DNA of 64,000 nt from Trichosphaerium sp. ATCC 40318 (lineage: Eukaryota; Protista; Tubulinea): positions 62,001 to 126,000 of the forward strand of contig JALMLS010000282.1 in assembly GCA_038496445.1 (NCBI GenBank), in the 5' to 3' direction. Position numbers and translations under genes: made by a program. The notes beneath the pieces are model-generated. The model searched no databases. It was not told where the DNA came from and was given only the letters and a program-made list of their open reading frames with translations. Shown here in pieces: positions 37,050 to 49,747 of the stretch; the stretch's first letter is position 1; every line of letters starts with the position of its first letter.

Positions 37050-39316
37050 CACAACTTGCGCTAGCTCCATGTCCAATGCACAAATACAAACACAGATGGC
37101 AACACTTCTCAAAGCTAGCTTTTGTATAGTACTATACCTGTGCTCACTCTGTCTAGCGAATAAAATATCAGATGGAGGTTATCACTTTATTTTACCATAA
37201 AAAACCGTTTTATTAAACCACGTGATTTAGGTTTCGAAAACCGTCAACACTCTGACGTATTTGGTGGGGCTGATATCTCTTTTGTAACAAATCCAGTCCA
37301 ACAAGGGACGTACAGCGCTAAAATATCCAACAGGTTCGTTAACAGACAGTTGTAGTAGCGTTCACTAACTTTTAAAAAAGAAATGGAGTTTTCGCTGGCA
37401 TTAAGTTCAATATGAAAGCTGGTGGCTTAAACTTGCTTTCTCCTGAGGCTAACCAAGCAGGACAAGAGCTATCTTTCTCATGTTATGTTCGTACAACATC
37501 AGCTCAGACTTTTAAAGTGACAGCCTTGTACGTTCATCTCCTTTTTTGGTAGCTTTGTGACTTTTTGTTTTAGTTCTAAAAAAGGAGGTGTTGATTCGTA
37601 TGTAACGATGGCTACTGCCTCTACGACATCTAATACTTGGAAACGAATCGACGCTAGTCTTTCTCTTGAAGCGCAAAGTGTGTATGAGGAGTTTTTTATT
37701 TTTGTGGAAGGACCACCACAAAGTGAGTATTGGCAAAGAAACCAGTTCTGTTTTTTTTCTAATAGTTTTTCATTCAGGTGTCGACTACTTTATCGACACG
37801 TGCTCAATCACCATTGGCGGAAGCGGTGCTAATTGGGAAGCTGAGAAAATAAGGCTCCAAGGAGAAATAGATAAACTACGAAAGAGTACCATTCGTATCA
37901 GGGTTATCGACGGCAGTGGTCAACCTGTTTCAGGCGCTTCTGTTCAAATTTCACAAAAACAAAAAGAGTTCTGCTTTGGTACAGCTGTTGCCAATGAAAT
38001 GATTGGAAGAACAAGCTCTGATGCTGTAAACTATCAGAGGTTTCTTGAGGAGAATTACAACTGTGGCGTACCAGAGAATCAAGGGAAATGGCCGGAAAAC
38101 GAACCAAATCAAGGACAGGTGCAATATTGATTTCTCAGTTTTGAAGTCTTATGTTAGCGTAGGTCTCATACACTGAGATAGATAAAATTGTAGACTTCCT
38201 ACAGGACCGTGATATGAAAGTGAGAATGCACACTATGGTTTGGGCAGTAGAAAGAGTACAAAATGTTAAAAAAACATCTCAGAAGTTGACTTAGTTTGCA
38301 CCTAGTTTGTTCAAGGATGGGTGAAGGGATTGTCAAATTCTCAACTTCAAAGTGCATTGACTGCAAGGATAAACTCATATGTTTCTCGGTGGGAAGACAA
38401 AGATATTTGGCACATGGATGGTGCGTTTATCAACATTCAGTTAGGTCAGGAATGTAACTGTTTTTTTAGTCAACAACGAAGCGACACATGGTAACTTTTT
38501 CGCTGCAAAGTTAGGTTCTATGTCAACAGCAGATATGCACAAGGCAGCAAAGAATATAGGAGGAAACATTAAACTATATGTAAACGATTATAACATGATC
38601 ACAGAGGCGAATGAGTGGCCAACATACAAAGTACTTAACTAGTAGTCTCATTGATACTTACAGCTTTCAGACGTTCATCAGCAATCTCCTCTCTCAAGGC
38701 GCCCCAATTGACGGTATAGGTGTTCAAGGACATTTCGGAGATACTGTGAATCCCCTCAATGTAAAGGAACGCCTTGATCAACTCTCCACATTTACAAGCA
38801 ATGGAAAACAAATTCCAAGTACCGACCCATTTAGCAACTGATATGTTGTTTTTGACTTTGTTTGTAGTCACTGTAACAGAGTATGACAGCGTTAACGCAA
38901 ACGAAAATATAAGAGCGGATAACCTAGAACGCCTATACTATACAGCATACGGACACTCAAACGTAGAAGCAATACTCATGTGGGGCTTTTGGGTACAAAT
39001 ACTTTTCTTTTCTTTCTTTTTCTTCTACTTTTTTTCCTATTCAGTTACCTTTGTTTAGCAAGGCGCACACTGGCGCGAAAACGCTCACATTGTCAACCAA
39101 AATTGGGGTCTTAATGAAGCCGGTCGTAGATACCAAGCACTAATGAACTTATGGGAAACAAATGAGAATAAAGTGACAGATGGAAACGGAAGGGTAGAAA
39201 CACAAGGATACCATGGCACTTATGACATCACTGTCACAAAGAATGGTGTATCAAGGACTACTTGCTTAGTATTATCAAGTACAATGAGACGTAAATCAGT
39301 TACTGTAAGCCTGTAG
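37050..39316 (+). CDS. GH10 endo-xylanase-like glycoside hydrolase with an N-terminal carbohydrate-binding module
   Basis: CBM-like NKISDGGFE...GTYSAKISNR. GH10 motifs FGTAV, PENQGKW, HMDVNNE (acid/base), LYVNDYN, IGVQGHF, VTEYD (nucleophile) and MWGFW. The start is not resolved. Confidence 0.85.
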
Positions 39317-40736
39317 AGAGCATAAAGTCAAAGAGAATTAATAAAACCTTAGATAAACATTGACAGAGGTACTCTCAGTCGTAAAGCTTCCAATGCACGT
39401 GTAATCACTCTGTTCACAGGTACTCTTTACTTCGTAAACCTTGTTTGTCTAATTTCACTATTTTCGATAGCTCTATTGTTACTATGTGTTGTCTTTGTAC
39501 TGTAGTGTACGTTGTCCGAAATAAACTGACAGAAAAAGTTAAAAATGCAAACCATGCTCAATACTGCTATCGGTCTATAGAGGTTTACTACGAACTACCT
39601 GAGCTTTGAGAACTGAAATGTGTAAAAGGAGCACTGTAGAGGCATGTATATGTACACATAGTGTGTTGATGCAAACTGTTGTATTGTGTTTTGTCTACAA
39701 TAGTTACCTGGAGTGTACATCAACTTAAGTTGGAATTGACTCACAAGTTTTCAGAGGCAATACAGTTAACAAGTTTGACAACCTCACGATTGCAACGCTA
39801 AACAAAATTCATTGTCTCTTTCTTCGAAAACTTGAGCACAGGTTCCAATCAAAAAAGAAATGAAAATGTTTCTGTAATTGTAGTAGTTGCAGTGTGCACC
39901 ACGCGTGGGGCTTCGTAGCCATTTGGGCGAAAAAATTTAAGGGAGTCCTCCGTCTAGCTTAGTGGGTGTATGCATTGCGAGGTGGAGCTGTCAAAGTTCC
40001 ATCTTAATCCGACGTAGTGTGAAAGCTTGAATCGTTACATTAGCCAGCATGTCCTCGTAAGTAGCACGTAATTAACTTAGGAACTCGGTCTGGGCCAAGA
40101 AAATTATAAGGTCCGATATAGAGGTGAGTTATGCCGTTAGGGAAAAGCTGTATAAAATTTGAATAGGCGCTGTATAGCAGCCTATGATCGTTCTTTTTAC
40201 AACCTTTTGACCTCCTGTGCAAGCAGTTGTTGGGGTGTAACCAATGGGTACGAAAGAAAGTTAGAAGGGTGGTAATATACACTGCTCTATTCATTGGACG
40301 CAGTATGTAAGAAAACGCTAAGCATGTTTCTGTAGCAAAATCAAGATATAATGACCGTGGTTTCGTACTTGTCTTTGTTTATGGAGCAGTTTTTCAGATT
40401 TTGCACAACACGTGCAATGAAAAAAAGTACAGAGATAAGTACAATAGTGAATATGAAGAAAAGGTTTGGAAGACGACCATACCGGGGAGACCATTGACAC
40501 TGTAGTACTAGGTAAGCGTGAATTTGTTAAATTCTCAACTACTAAAACTACAAGCACTGATTGAGCTAACAACAGTTACTAGAGGTATCTCGTGTAGTAA
40601 TTTTATGAGCACTCTAAGAAAAAAGCGTGTAAATTTACGCCTGTTTTGGTAATACACGCGATTATTGAAAACTTAACACAATTTGAACTTGCCTTATATG
40701 AAAAAACAGAAATACGTCATTTCGTACCACACAAAG

Positions 40737-41294
40737 ATGTTAAAGCTTGTACTCCTATCATGCCTATTCCTATCCGTATCATTCTGCGCTGACCCTCCTG
40801 AATGGTTTGAGTACGCCAAGTACGCGAGATACCTCATTTCTGAAGCAACATGGGGTACAGCGTCTTCGATAACACTTGACAATCGCCCAAGAGGAAACGT
40901 CTTTTCTTTCTCAGATGGTGACGCTTCAGGGTCAACGGGGATTCCAGTGTTCCTACTCACTCCAATGGACCCTACTATACCTGAATGGAAAGCCAATAGT
41001 AACTGTAGCTTAAGCGTAACTCTGAAACAAATAGCTGATGGAAAGTACTGTAGTACCATTGATACAGAGAACCCAACATGTGGTAGAATAACATTATTTG
41101 GAAGCTGTCAGCAAGTTAAACCTGCGGACTTGGATAAAGCTAAGTCAGCGTTCTACTACAAGCACCCACACGCAAAAGATTGGCCAAGCTTTCATGACTT
41201 TGAGTTCTGGACAATGAATCTTACGTCTGTATGGATGCTTGATTACTACGGTGGACCGCATGATACGACTGTAAAAGAGTACTTAGAAGCTTAA
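40737..41294 (+). CDS. CREG: CREG-family secreted/lysosomal protein (intronless)
   Basis: Signal peptide, ARYL..EATWG, SFSDG....STGIPVF, ENPTCGRITL.G, KHP.AKDWP..HDF and WMLDYYGG. Confidence 0.9.
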   Translation: MLKLVLLSCLFLSVSFCADPPEWFEYAKYARYLISEATWGTASSITLDNRPRGNVFSFSDGDASGSTGIPVFLLTPMDPTIPEWKANSNCSLSVTLKQIADGKYCSTIDTENPTCGRITLFGSCQQVKPADLDKAKSAFYYKHPHAKDWPSFHDFEFWTMNLTSVWMLDYYGGPHDTTVKEYLEA

Positions 41295-41751
41295 TAAAAT
41301 AAATTGTCCTTCCTGTACTCAATCTCAGTTTGTGTGCTCAGCCAACAGCGTCAAAGTGCCTGTTAAAATAGTTCTAATGGACTAGTTGCCTCACGTGCGC
41401 GTACTTGTGGAAAGAACATATGAGGCTTTTCCTACGTTTGAAAGATATGCCTAACAATAACCAATGCAAGTATCAAAATAGATAGTAAGCGGAAATCATC
41501 CACGCTTCCCAAAAGGAAATAATACTGTACTTTTTTTATTGATGTTTTTCGATGACTTATATTCCATCTGTAAGATAGACATGTTTGTCTTCTCCGAAGC
41601 TCTCATTTGCTGGTAGTAGGGTGAATTTGCATTTGGGCAATACTGTTCCAGGCGGATTGTTGTGCAAGAAAATTGAAGCGTTGACTGCGAAATAAATTTG
41701 CCTTAATTAACAACGCTAATGAAGCATATAAACCGTTTACTTACGACATTG

Positions 41752-42497
41752 ATGGGCTACGCCAGCAATACCGTAAAACATGACGATTGCCACCTATTAC
41801 GCCTTCCCATTGAGATTCAACTCGATATCATTGAACTGGACGTATCATTGTATTTAATTTGGCCTCTTCTGTCTAAAACAAGTGCAATGATGACAAGATT
41901 CGATGGAGAGATGAAGAAACATGGAAAATGGCAAAGAAGAACATCTAACAACCAACTTGTAAGCTCAAGTTTGTGATCATCAATTCAATTTACACGTTTT
42001 TAAAAAGTCAACACGTGGCGCTTAGCCAACACGTGTTTGAAACCAACCTTACTAGTATTAGACAAGTCAAATGTATTACTCACATGGTATACTACATGGA
42101 GAATGGACTCGATATTTAAGAGGCCGATTGAGAGAACAATACAAATATGTCAATGGTAAGCAAGAAGGATACAAGTCGTGGTATGATAATGGCATTTTGA
42201 GTAAGCAATACAGTTCCATCAATAGTATACTTGAAGGAGAATACAAGGAGTGGCACAATAATGGTCAATTAGTTGAGCAACATTATTATGTCAATGGCAA
42301 ACAGGAAGGGGAGCACAAACACTGGTAATGGTCAATTGAGAGAACACTGTTTTTATGTCAATGGAAAGATAGAGGGAGAGTACAAGTCATGGTATTACAA
42401 TGGCCAATTGAGCAGGCAATACAATTCAATCAATGGAAAGCTTGAAGGAGAGGAGAAGAAATGGTTTTCAGATGGTAAACTGAAATACAAAGAGTAG
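41752..42497 (+). pseudogene. F-box-like/MORN gene, frameshifted
   Basis: F-box-like exon, intron 41958-42061, MORN repeats with a frameshifting deletion near 42325. Confidence 0.75.
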
Positions 42498-42599
42498 TAG
42501 CATAGAACCGACCAAATAATGTACACATTCATTGTACAGAATAGTAAGCAAGACTTTGTGTACAGTCCACAAGTTACTAATAATAACTTACGAACACTG

Positions 42600-42840
42600 A
42601 GTTTCTCATTCGACCTGCAATAACACTACTTTGCGTTAGCACTAAACCTGATTTTTCGACAAACTTTGTGAACATAGGTAGCCTTTTGTAACTATGCAAG
42701 CCATCTATTAGTGTATCCTTTTGGAGTACTTACATGAGGACAAGTACAAAAAGTCACGTGCTACAAATAGGGAGTGGCCTTTTAAAAAGTAGGCTTAGGG
42801 TTACAATCAAATAGCGCTATGTTAGGCAAAAAAATTCTCT
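42600..42840. mobile_element. Diverged copy of the MITE-like element
   Basis: Colinear with 32860-33075: cctgattttt, cataggtagcc, gtgtatcctt, aagtcacgtg, gtggcctttt, aagtaggcttag, aatagcg. Confidence 0.7.
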
Positions 42841-43235
42841 ATGTTCTTTCTCAACTTTCATTTTGAACTTTAGAACCTTCTATTACCACAATCGTCTTAG
42901 AGTACACCTGTTTTCTTTTGTAGAGCTTTCTAAGCTCTTACTTTGAACCAAAAACCGAAGCAATACATAGTACCACTAGCAACACAATTGTAGCATGCTA
43001 TGCATGCATGTTTCGTTCAAACATAGCAAAGTGAAGCGCATGTAAGACCCAACAGTATGCTCAATAAGGCAATAAACACCCGAATTGTACTATTCTTTTT
43101 ATGTTATTGCTACATTGTAAAGTAAATTTTCGTATTCTGGAAAATATAAGTACTATGTTTACAACTTTGGCTATTTATTCTATTCTAATGTCAAACGTTG
43201 TATACAAAGTCACTATCACTAATTCGCAAGGACCA

Positions 43236-44970
43236 CTAAAGATTGCCATTTCTCTTTGCTTTTGTGACCTTGATACGTTCCATCAAGATGAATCCAAGTT
43301 CTTTCAACACTTCTTGATCAATTTCATTGACTTGAATGGCGAGTTCATTCATCAATGATCCAAGTTCTTGTGCTCGCTCACTTGAGATACCCAACCCTTT
43401 CAATACTGACACCCAATCAGTTTCATTGTTTTGAATCGGTATTGGTGTTGTTGGAGCAACTGAAGGGATGGTTGATTTGGTATCACGTGGTTGAGTGAAT
43501 GTTGGCTAAATAACAGTCAAGTTAAAGAAACTTGAAACTGAAATAATACATACCTTGGTGTCAACAGAAACGTTGGGTTCCTCAATCCACGACTTGTTGG
43601 TTACATCATGTGACAATAAAACGGGGTTACTTGGTTCACTACTAGCCTATGAACTTGTTAGGAATGTATTTTGTTATTTTTTGGTACATCATTTAATATG
43701 TCTTTTTGGTTCTGTATTTCAAGAGCATCTTTAATCATATTGACATGCTCTGAGGCGTCTCCAAACTTGGTGTAACTTTTTTGAATGTTTACACCATCAA
43801 ACGACAAGTGTGTGTGGGTCTTGTTTCAACTCTTTGCGTATCTCTTCTAAAGTGTTCTTTTGAGGTTGGATTACCTAAAAACAAGCAGTTTGCATATATT
43901 GACAATAAATGATTGAGTACCTTCCTGTGGTTACTGAATGACAATTGTTGTGGCGAAGATTCTCCATAATCATTATCACCACCTGTAACCAATCTGAAAT
44001 CATGAGATATTGCCAAGTAATGCCATCGTTTATTGGCAAACTCAAGATATTTTCCAGGTAATTTTAATGGTTTGTTTGATTTGAACGAATCAATCCATTT
44101 CCCTCTACCCCAAGCAAACAACCAACCTTCATCATCAATCGCAAATGATGAATGACCACCAGCATGGACAGATATGATGTTATTCAGTCCTTTGATGATA
44201 CCTTGGCCACACTTGCCATTAATACCCAATCCAAGACACCCATAGTAGAGGTTGCATCCAAAAGAAAATACTTGTCCTGACTTGAGGAGAACAAGTACAT
44301 GCCAATAACCAATGGCAATATCAGTGGCATCTTCAATGTTTGGAACACGTGAAATTGTCTGTAGATTCAAGAACAATGCTTTATCTACTGCTTCATCAAG
44401 TGTTGTTCCCCAAAGAAAGACATGACCTGTTGATGTCATTGCTCCACTTACATGAGAATTAGTTTGAATTTTTTGAACATTTTGAAGATTTGGAATAAGC
44501 ACTGGTGATGAAACTTTCTTCTTGTCGAATGAATGACCCAATCCATGACATGAGTTATCTCCCCAAGAGTAGACATGACCTGAATGTGATAACGCCATAC
44601 TCACACTACCGGCAGTGACTTTCGTGATATTATTGAGATTTGAAACACGTGTTGGTGACGAAATAGGTGACTTGAAGTGACCCAGACCCAATTCACCGAA
44701 TGTATTACAGCCCCATGCATACACAATACCATTCGAATCAACTGCAACGCTATGTTGATATCCAGCAGCAATACAGACGATATTTACAAGTGACTTTATT
44801 GGTCTTGCGATAGAACTCTTTTTTTTGCCTGTATTACCCAATTGGCGGTTATCGTTTTGCCCCCATGTGTAAACAAAGCCATCGTCTGCGATTACCATTG
44901 AATGTCCATCACCAATGGCCAAGCGGTTAACATATTGTAAATTAATGTCTAAAGTTTGAGTTTCTGCCAT
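43236..44970 (-). CDS. RCC1-repeat protein with SAM-like tail (4 exons); exon 2 appears frameshifted
   Basis: Complete RCC1 exon. The tail exons match the paralogs, but the frame shifts at a short (CA)n run near 43808-43816. Confidence 0.75.
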
Positions 44971-45583
44971 TCACGTGTTAGTTTTAATGTTATTCACGTG
45001 TGTTTGCCCAGACGAATACTGTGTTTCGAACAGTATCCCAATTTTAGGGGGGCCATAGTTTTTTCCGAATTTTCCGAAAACAAAAATTCGAAAAAATAGA
45101 ATTCGTAGAAAGATGCATAGCTAGGGCAGTCACTAAACTACAAAGCTTTTTGGTTGTCACGTGCGAACATTTACTGAGCAGATAAGTTAACACTTTTTAC
45201 TTTGGGTTTCAACAAATACTCAACATTGACCAGTGGAGCACGTTTTTCCCCCTGTTAAGCGTTCGCCTTCCCATTCTCATGACTGTGGTTTGTTAGTACA
45301 TTAAACTACTAGTAGCGGCCTAAAACGCTCAACCAACATGCTGAAACTACGGAAACAACGGGTTATAGCTCGCATTGAGTCGTACATGCGAATTTAGTAT
45401 ATTTCCTCCTAAATGGACGTAAACGTTGCTTTTGACGCGTTTCCACGCTTGCAGAATTGTTTTAACGACAAATGTTGACTTTTGATTTAAGCTCCGAGGT
45501 TATTGGCGCTAATTCTGGCATCACCACTCTATGGCGCTACCTGTCGCGTTTTCATTATTAAGTAAAGCATATTACGTTTGTAA

Positions 45584-48500
45584 ATGAGCAAACGACTGTC
45601 TGCAAAGAAAGACACATCTAAAAAAGAGAACGGAGACCTCCAAAAGGTACATAATGCGTAGTAAAGATATATACCGCACGCCTGCTTGTCATAAAACAAA
45701 ACAATAACGTTTTTGACTTTAGATCCTTGACGATGAACGAAATACAGCAAAAGAGTTGTTCAATAAGATTTCTTCGCATGTTAGCGCATCTAAAGGTGCT
45801 CTAAATGACCTTTTTGATTTTTTTTCTTTCTTTGTCGTTAACGCCAAATATAGCGAGTGTAGACACTGGTAAGGATCTAGCGAAGTATCTTCTAGGTTCG
45901 TAACGACATTTTGTTCTTTTAAAGAAAACAATCACAATCGGTTTCAGATATCTCGCCATACAGCTAGAATATTAATATCTGAGCGTCCGTGATAGCTCCT
46001 GTTTGTTTTTAAAATTATTGGGCTACAAAATAGAAGATTAAAAAGATTTTGGTTTAGTTTTTATTAAAGGTTGAAGAGCTGTGCATTTTAACCGATTCCT
46101 TAGAGCTTGGTAATACCGGAGAAGATTTAAATAAAGAGTATGGTACGTAAATAGTTTCTCACCACGTGTTTTTTGTAAATTCACGTGTAAATCGGCGAAC
46201 AACAACGCTTTGTGAGATTTAGTTGTTTTTTTTTTTGAAAGCTTGAAACGGCCAATTCTATTATTCAGTTCCTAACTTGCTTATCAAGGTGAGGCATTAA
46301 AACTTGTCGGAGCATTACAACTACTTGTGCAAGACTTGAATTTACATATTGTACGGCTATTATAGCACAACGGCGACTTATTAGAATAACATTTTTGCAA
46401 TTCTTGAACGAAAATCTAAGTATTTTTTTTTAGTTGAATACCATGGAAACTCAAGTAATGTCACCAGTAAAGCAATACACACAATCGTTAAAGGAACTAA
46501 GCTCGCATTTAAAAAAGCAAGAACAACCGACTCATACAGTTAACAGCTTTTTGAGCAGAGGTAACAGTTTTTTTTTCCGACTTTTTCTTTTATTGCAAAC
46601 CTCAACATTTGTTTCTTTGGTGCTTCACCACTGGTTTATTATGATTTGCTTTATCCTTAACTCTTTCTTTAAAGCTAAGATGGAGCAGTTAACAAAATTC
46701 TACACTCTGGTTATGAGCTACAAACAGTTTTACGCGTGTGGACTAGAAAAAATGAATGAAGATGTTTTGCCTGAATTAAAAAGTTACAATGATATCGCCA
46801 CTCTTATGCTAGGTTCGAATCAGCTTTCTTTGTATTATTACTCTTAATATGTATTTTTAAGGTGATTCTAGATACCTGGCAGAAAAAGCAAAAACCGAAG
46901 CACCTGCGGCGCCTGTAGCTGTTAAAGCTAAAAGACGTCTTTCTTTAAATATCACATCAAAACGAAACTCTATAAAACTCTCTGGTGTATCAGCATATGC
47001 TGGTGGATCTGATAGTGAAAGTGGTGCTATAGCTTCACCTGGTGTTCAGCCACGTGCGTCTAGACGTGCGATATAAAAACAAACGCAGCATAGAAAGAAA
47101 AAAATTATGATGTTTATTTTTTGTTTTCTTCTAGGACTTGTTGCAAGACGACAGACTACCAAGAGGCGCTCTAAAAGATCGAGAAGACTTTCTCAATCGC
47201 CGGTATTTATTTATTTAATTGATAAAACCCTTTTATTTAATGTGTGTTTGTCAGGTTGGTATTGTATTTGGAAGGAGTTTGGAGGAAGTTTGTCTCAGAG
47301 AAAATCGAAACGTGCCTCGATTTTTACAAGGAGCTATTGAGCAATTAGAAACTCATTTTGATACCATTGGTTTATTTCGTATTGGAGGATATAAACCAGA
47401 AGTTAAAATGTTGAGACAGTTAATTGATAGCGGTGTACGCTGATTGAAACGCTTTTTGACAAAAAATTGATATTCTGGGAGTTTCACTTTTCTATGTACT
47501 GATCTGTTGTTAGGTATACTGCTATGATGACCTCAAGAGTCCTCATGTAATTTGTATATGTATCAAAGAATTTTTACGAGAAATGGCTGATGCGCCGTTA
47601 TTACCAGTGGAGCTATTCGATAAGTTTGGCAATATTTGTACGGGCTGATAAATGAGAATTTTCTGAGATATTTTTCTTCATTCAGAAGCACCCTGGCTTA
47701 TTCTATTTGTAGTGGGTTTACATCAACATAATCGCATTGATATGTTTAGACAGTTAATATCAAATACACCATACCATGTTCAAGGAACACTTGGATACTT
47801 GTTGATCTTTGCACAGTGCGTTTTTTAATTTCCTGGTTTTTTCCTTTTTTATTCTCGGTTTATTGATGCCTATCAGGCGAATGGCTCAATCTGCTGAAGT
47901 TCATAAAATGACTGCAGCGAACATAGCTTCTCTGTTAGCGCCGAATATACTTTATAGTAATGAACCAACTAATGTTGCACATGTAACAATGGCAAACAAT
48001 ATTATCACTTATTTTATTGAAAACGCCCACGAAATATTCAACAAGGTGCGCTATCACCCATGAAAGATTATCATGTTCTTGGTTTCTACGACAAATATTG
48101 TTCTTACTAACTTGTAAAACTCTACTACAGGTAAACTTAAGTATGCCGCTATTTATCTCGCCGATTGATAAACAACACTTTCCGGCTTCTTTTGTTAACA
48201 AAGAAGAACAGTGGAAATCAATTGGTCTTCTTTCAAATGATGTTTCTGAGCGTGAAAGACTTATTTGTGCATTGACAGTTATTAATTGCAAGCAAGTGCG
48301 TACTGGATGGGTGCTTGTTGGGTACAATGATTCAGGAGATATTGCTTTGCAATCTTATCGTGCTTTTGGAAAAGGAGATGAAGAAGTTTGTATTAAGTCT
48401 CTTTCTCAGTCTTTAGAGGATAAACAGGTTCAATATGCATTAGTAAGGTATGTTTGTTATTAGTTATATTCGAAACTATATCACGTGCTTAACACGTGTT

Positions 48501-49000
48501 TTTTTATTCCACCCAAATGGCGGGTTTTTCATTGCGAACCAAAAAAAAACAAAAATTCTGGCTCCGATTCGTTTTTTTGAACCATTGTTACTTGTATAAT
48601 CATATCCAAAGTTATGGTATAAAAGCGCTTTTATAGAAGTATTCTAATCCATAAACTTTGGATGTGCTAGTTATTTTAAAGAGCGAAAACTGAAGAAAAT
48701 TTGATGTTGGTTTTTTTTTACCGTTGATGTTCATTTCTTGTGTTTAGGATACCTATACCTAGTAATGATAAGTCGCCAGCTAAATCTACGAGTCAAAAAC
48801 AACAGGATATTTTTGTTCAGTGGTATGGTAGTGGTGTTGGGATAATGGAAAAAGCGAAAAAGAGATCACATCATAGCGAGTTACAGCAAATTTTGAATCC
48901 TTATCATTATGAGGTGTATGTCGTTTCTAGAGTCAATTTCACGCTTGAAAATTTATTGAAAGCAGCACGTCCAGGATCAGGAACACATGTTATTGATTAG
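45584..49000 (+). CDS. RhoGAP protein with helical (possibly BAR-like) N-terminus and C-terminal ADF-H/coactosin-like domain
   Basis: VFGRSLEE, VPRFL, GLFRIGG (arginine finger), IKEFLRE and HKMTAANIASLLAPNIL. ADF-H: GWVLVGY, QVQYALVR, IFVQWYG.GV, GTHVID*. Confidence 0.85.
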
Positions 49001-49316
49001 AAGAACAGACATATAGACCAAAGCTGTTAAACAAAAAAAGAAGAAAAAAAAGTGTAAATATCAAAGAAATTTTTTTGTGAGTGTTGTAGAGCTCAATTTG
49101 TATTCCTTGTGTGGTTATGATCCACTTAGATCATAGAAACTTAAGTTCAGGTTGTACTTTTGGTAACTGGAGCTGGCGTTAACAAGACAAACAAGCATAT
49201 CATTATCTTAGCGTCGAAGAATATGTCTCGAAGGTTTTGTGGAAAATATGAGATAATTGAACTTACAATTTTCTTTATTCTCTATTCTAATGTTGCAAAC
49301 AAATTCACTATTGCCG

Positions 49317-49747
49317 CTAAAGATTGCCATTTCTCTTTGCTTTTGTGACCTTGATACGTTCCACCAAGTTGAATCCAAGTTCTTTCAACACTTCTTGATC
49401 AATTTCATTGACTTGAATGGCGAGTTCATTCATCAATGATCCAAGTTCTTGTGCTCGCTCACTTGCGATACCCAACCTTGTCAACACTGACACCCAATCA
49501 GTTCCATTGTTTTGAACCGGTATTGATGTTGTTGGAGCAACTGAACGGATGGTTGATTTGGTATCACGTGGTTGAGTGAATGTTGGCTAAATAACAGTTA
49601 GTGTAAAGAAACTTTGAAACTGAAATAATACATACCTTGGCGTCAACAACAGAAACGTTGGGTTTCTCAAACCACGACTTGTTGGAAACCAGTGGCCAAG
49701 CAGTTAACATATTGTAAATTGATGTCTAAAGTCTGAGGTTCTGCCAT
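49317..49747 (-). pseudogene. RCC1-SAM-like copy with the propeller deleted
   Basis: ATG at 49747 reads MAEPQTLDINLQYVNCLATGFQ and is fused at CCAACA to exon-3 sequence out of frame, stopping after 26 codons. The tail exon is retained. Confidence 0.85.

Noticed and set aside
39955-40015. Glutamine synthetase-like WNFDSSTSQ on the minus strand
   Set aside because: A short match in a tiny frame ending in a stop, with no other GS motifs.
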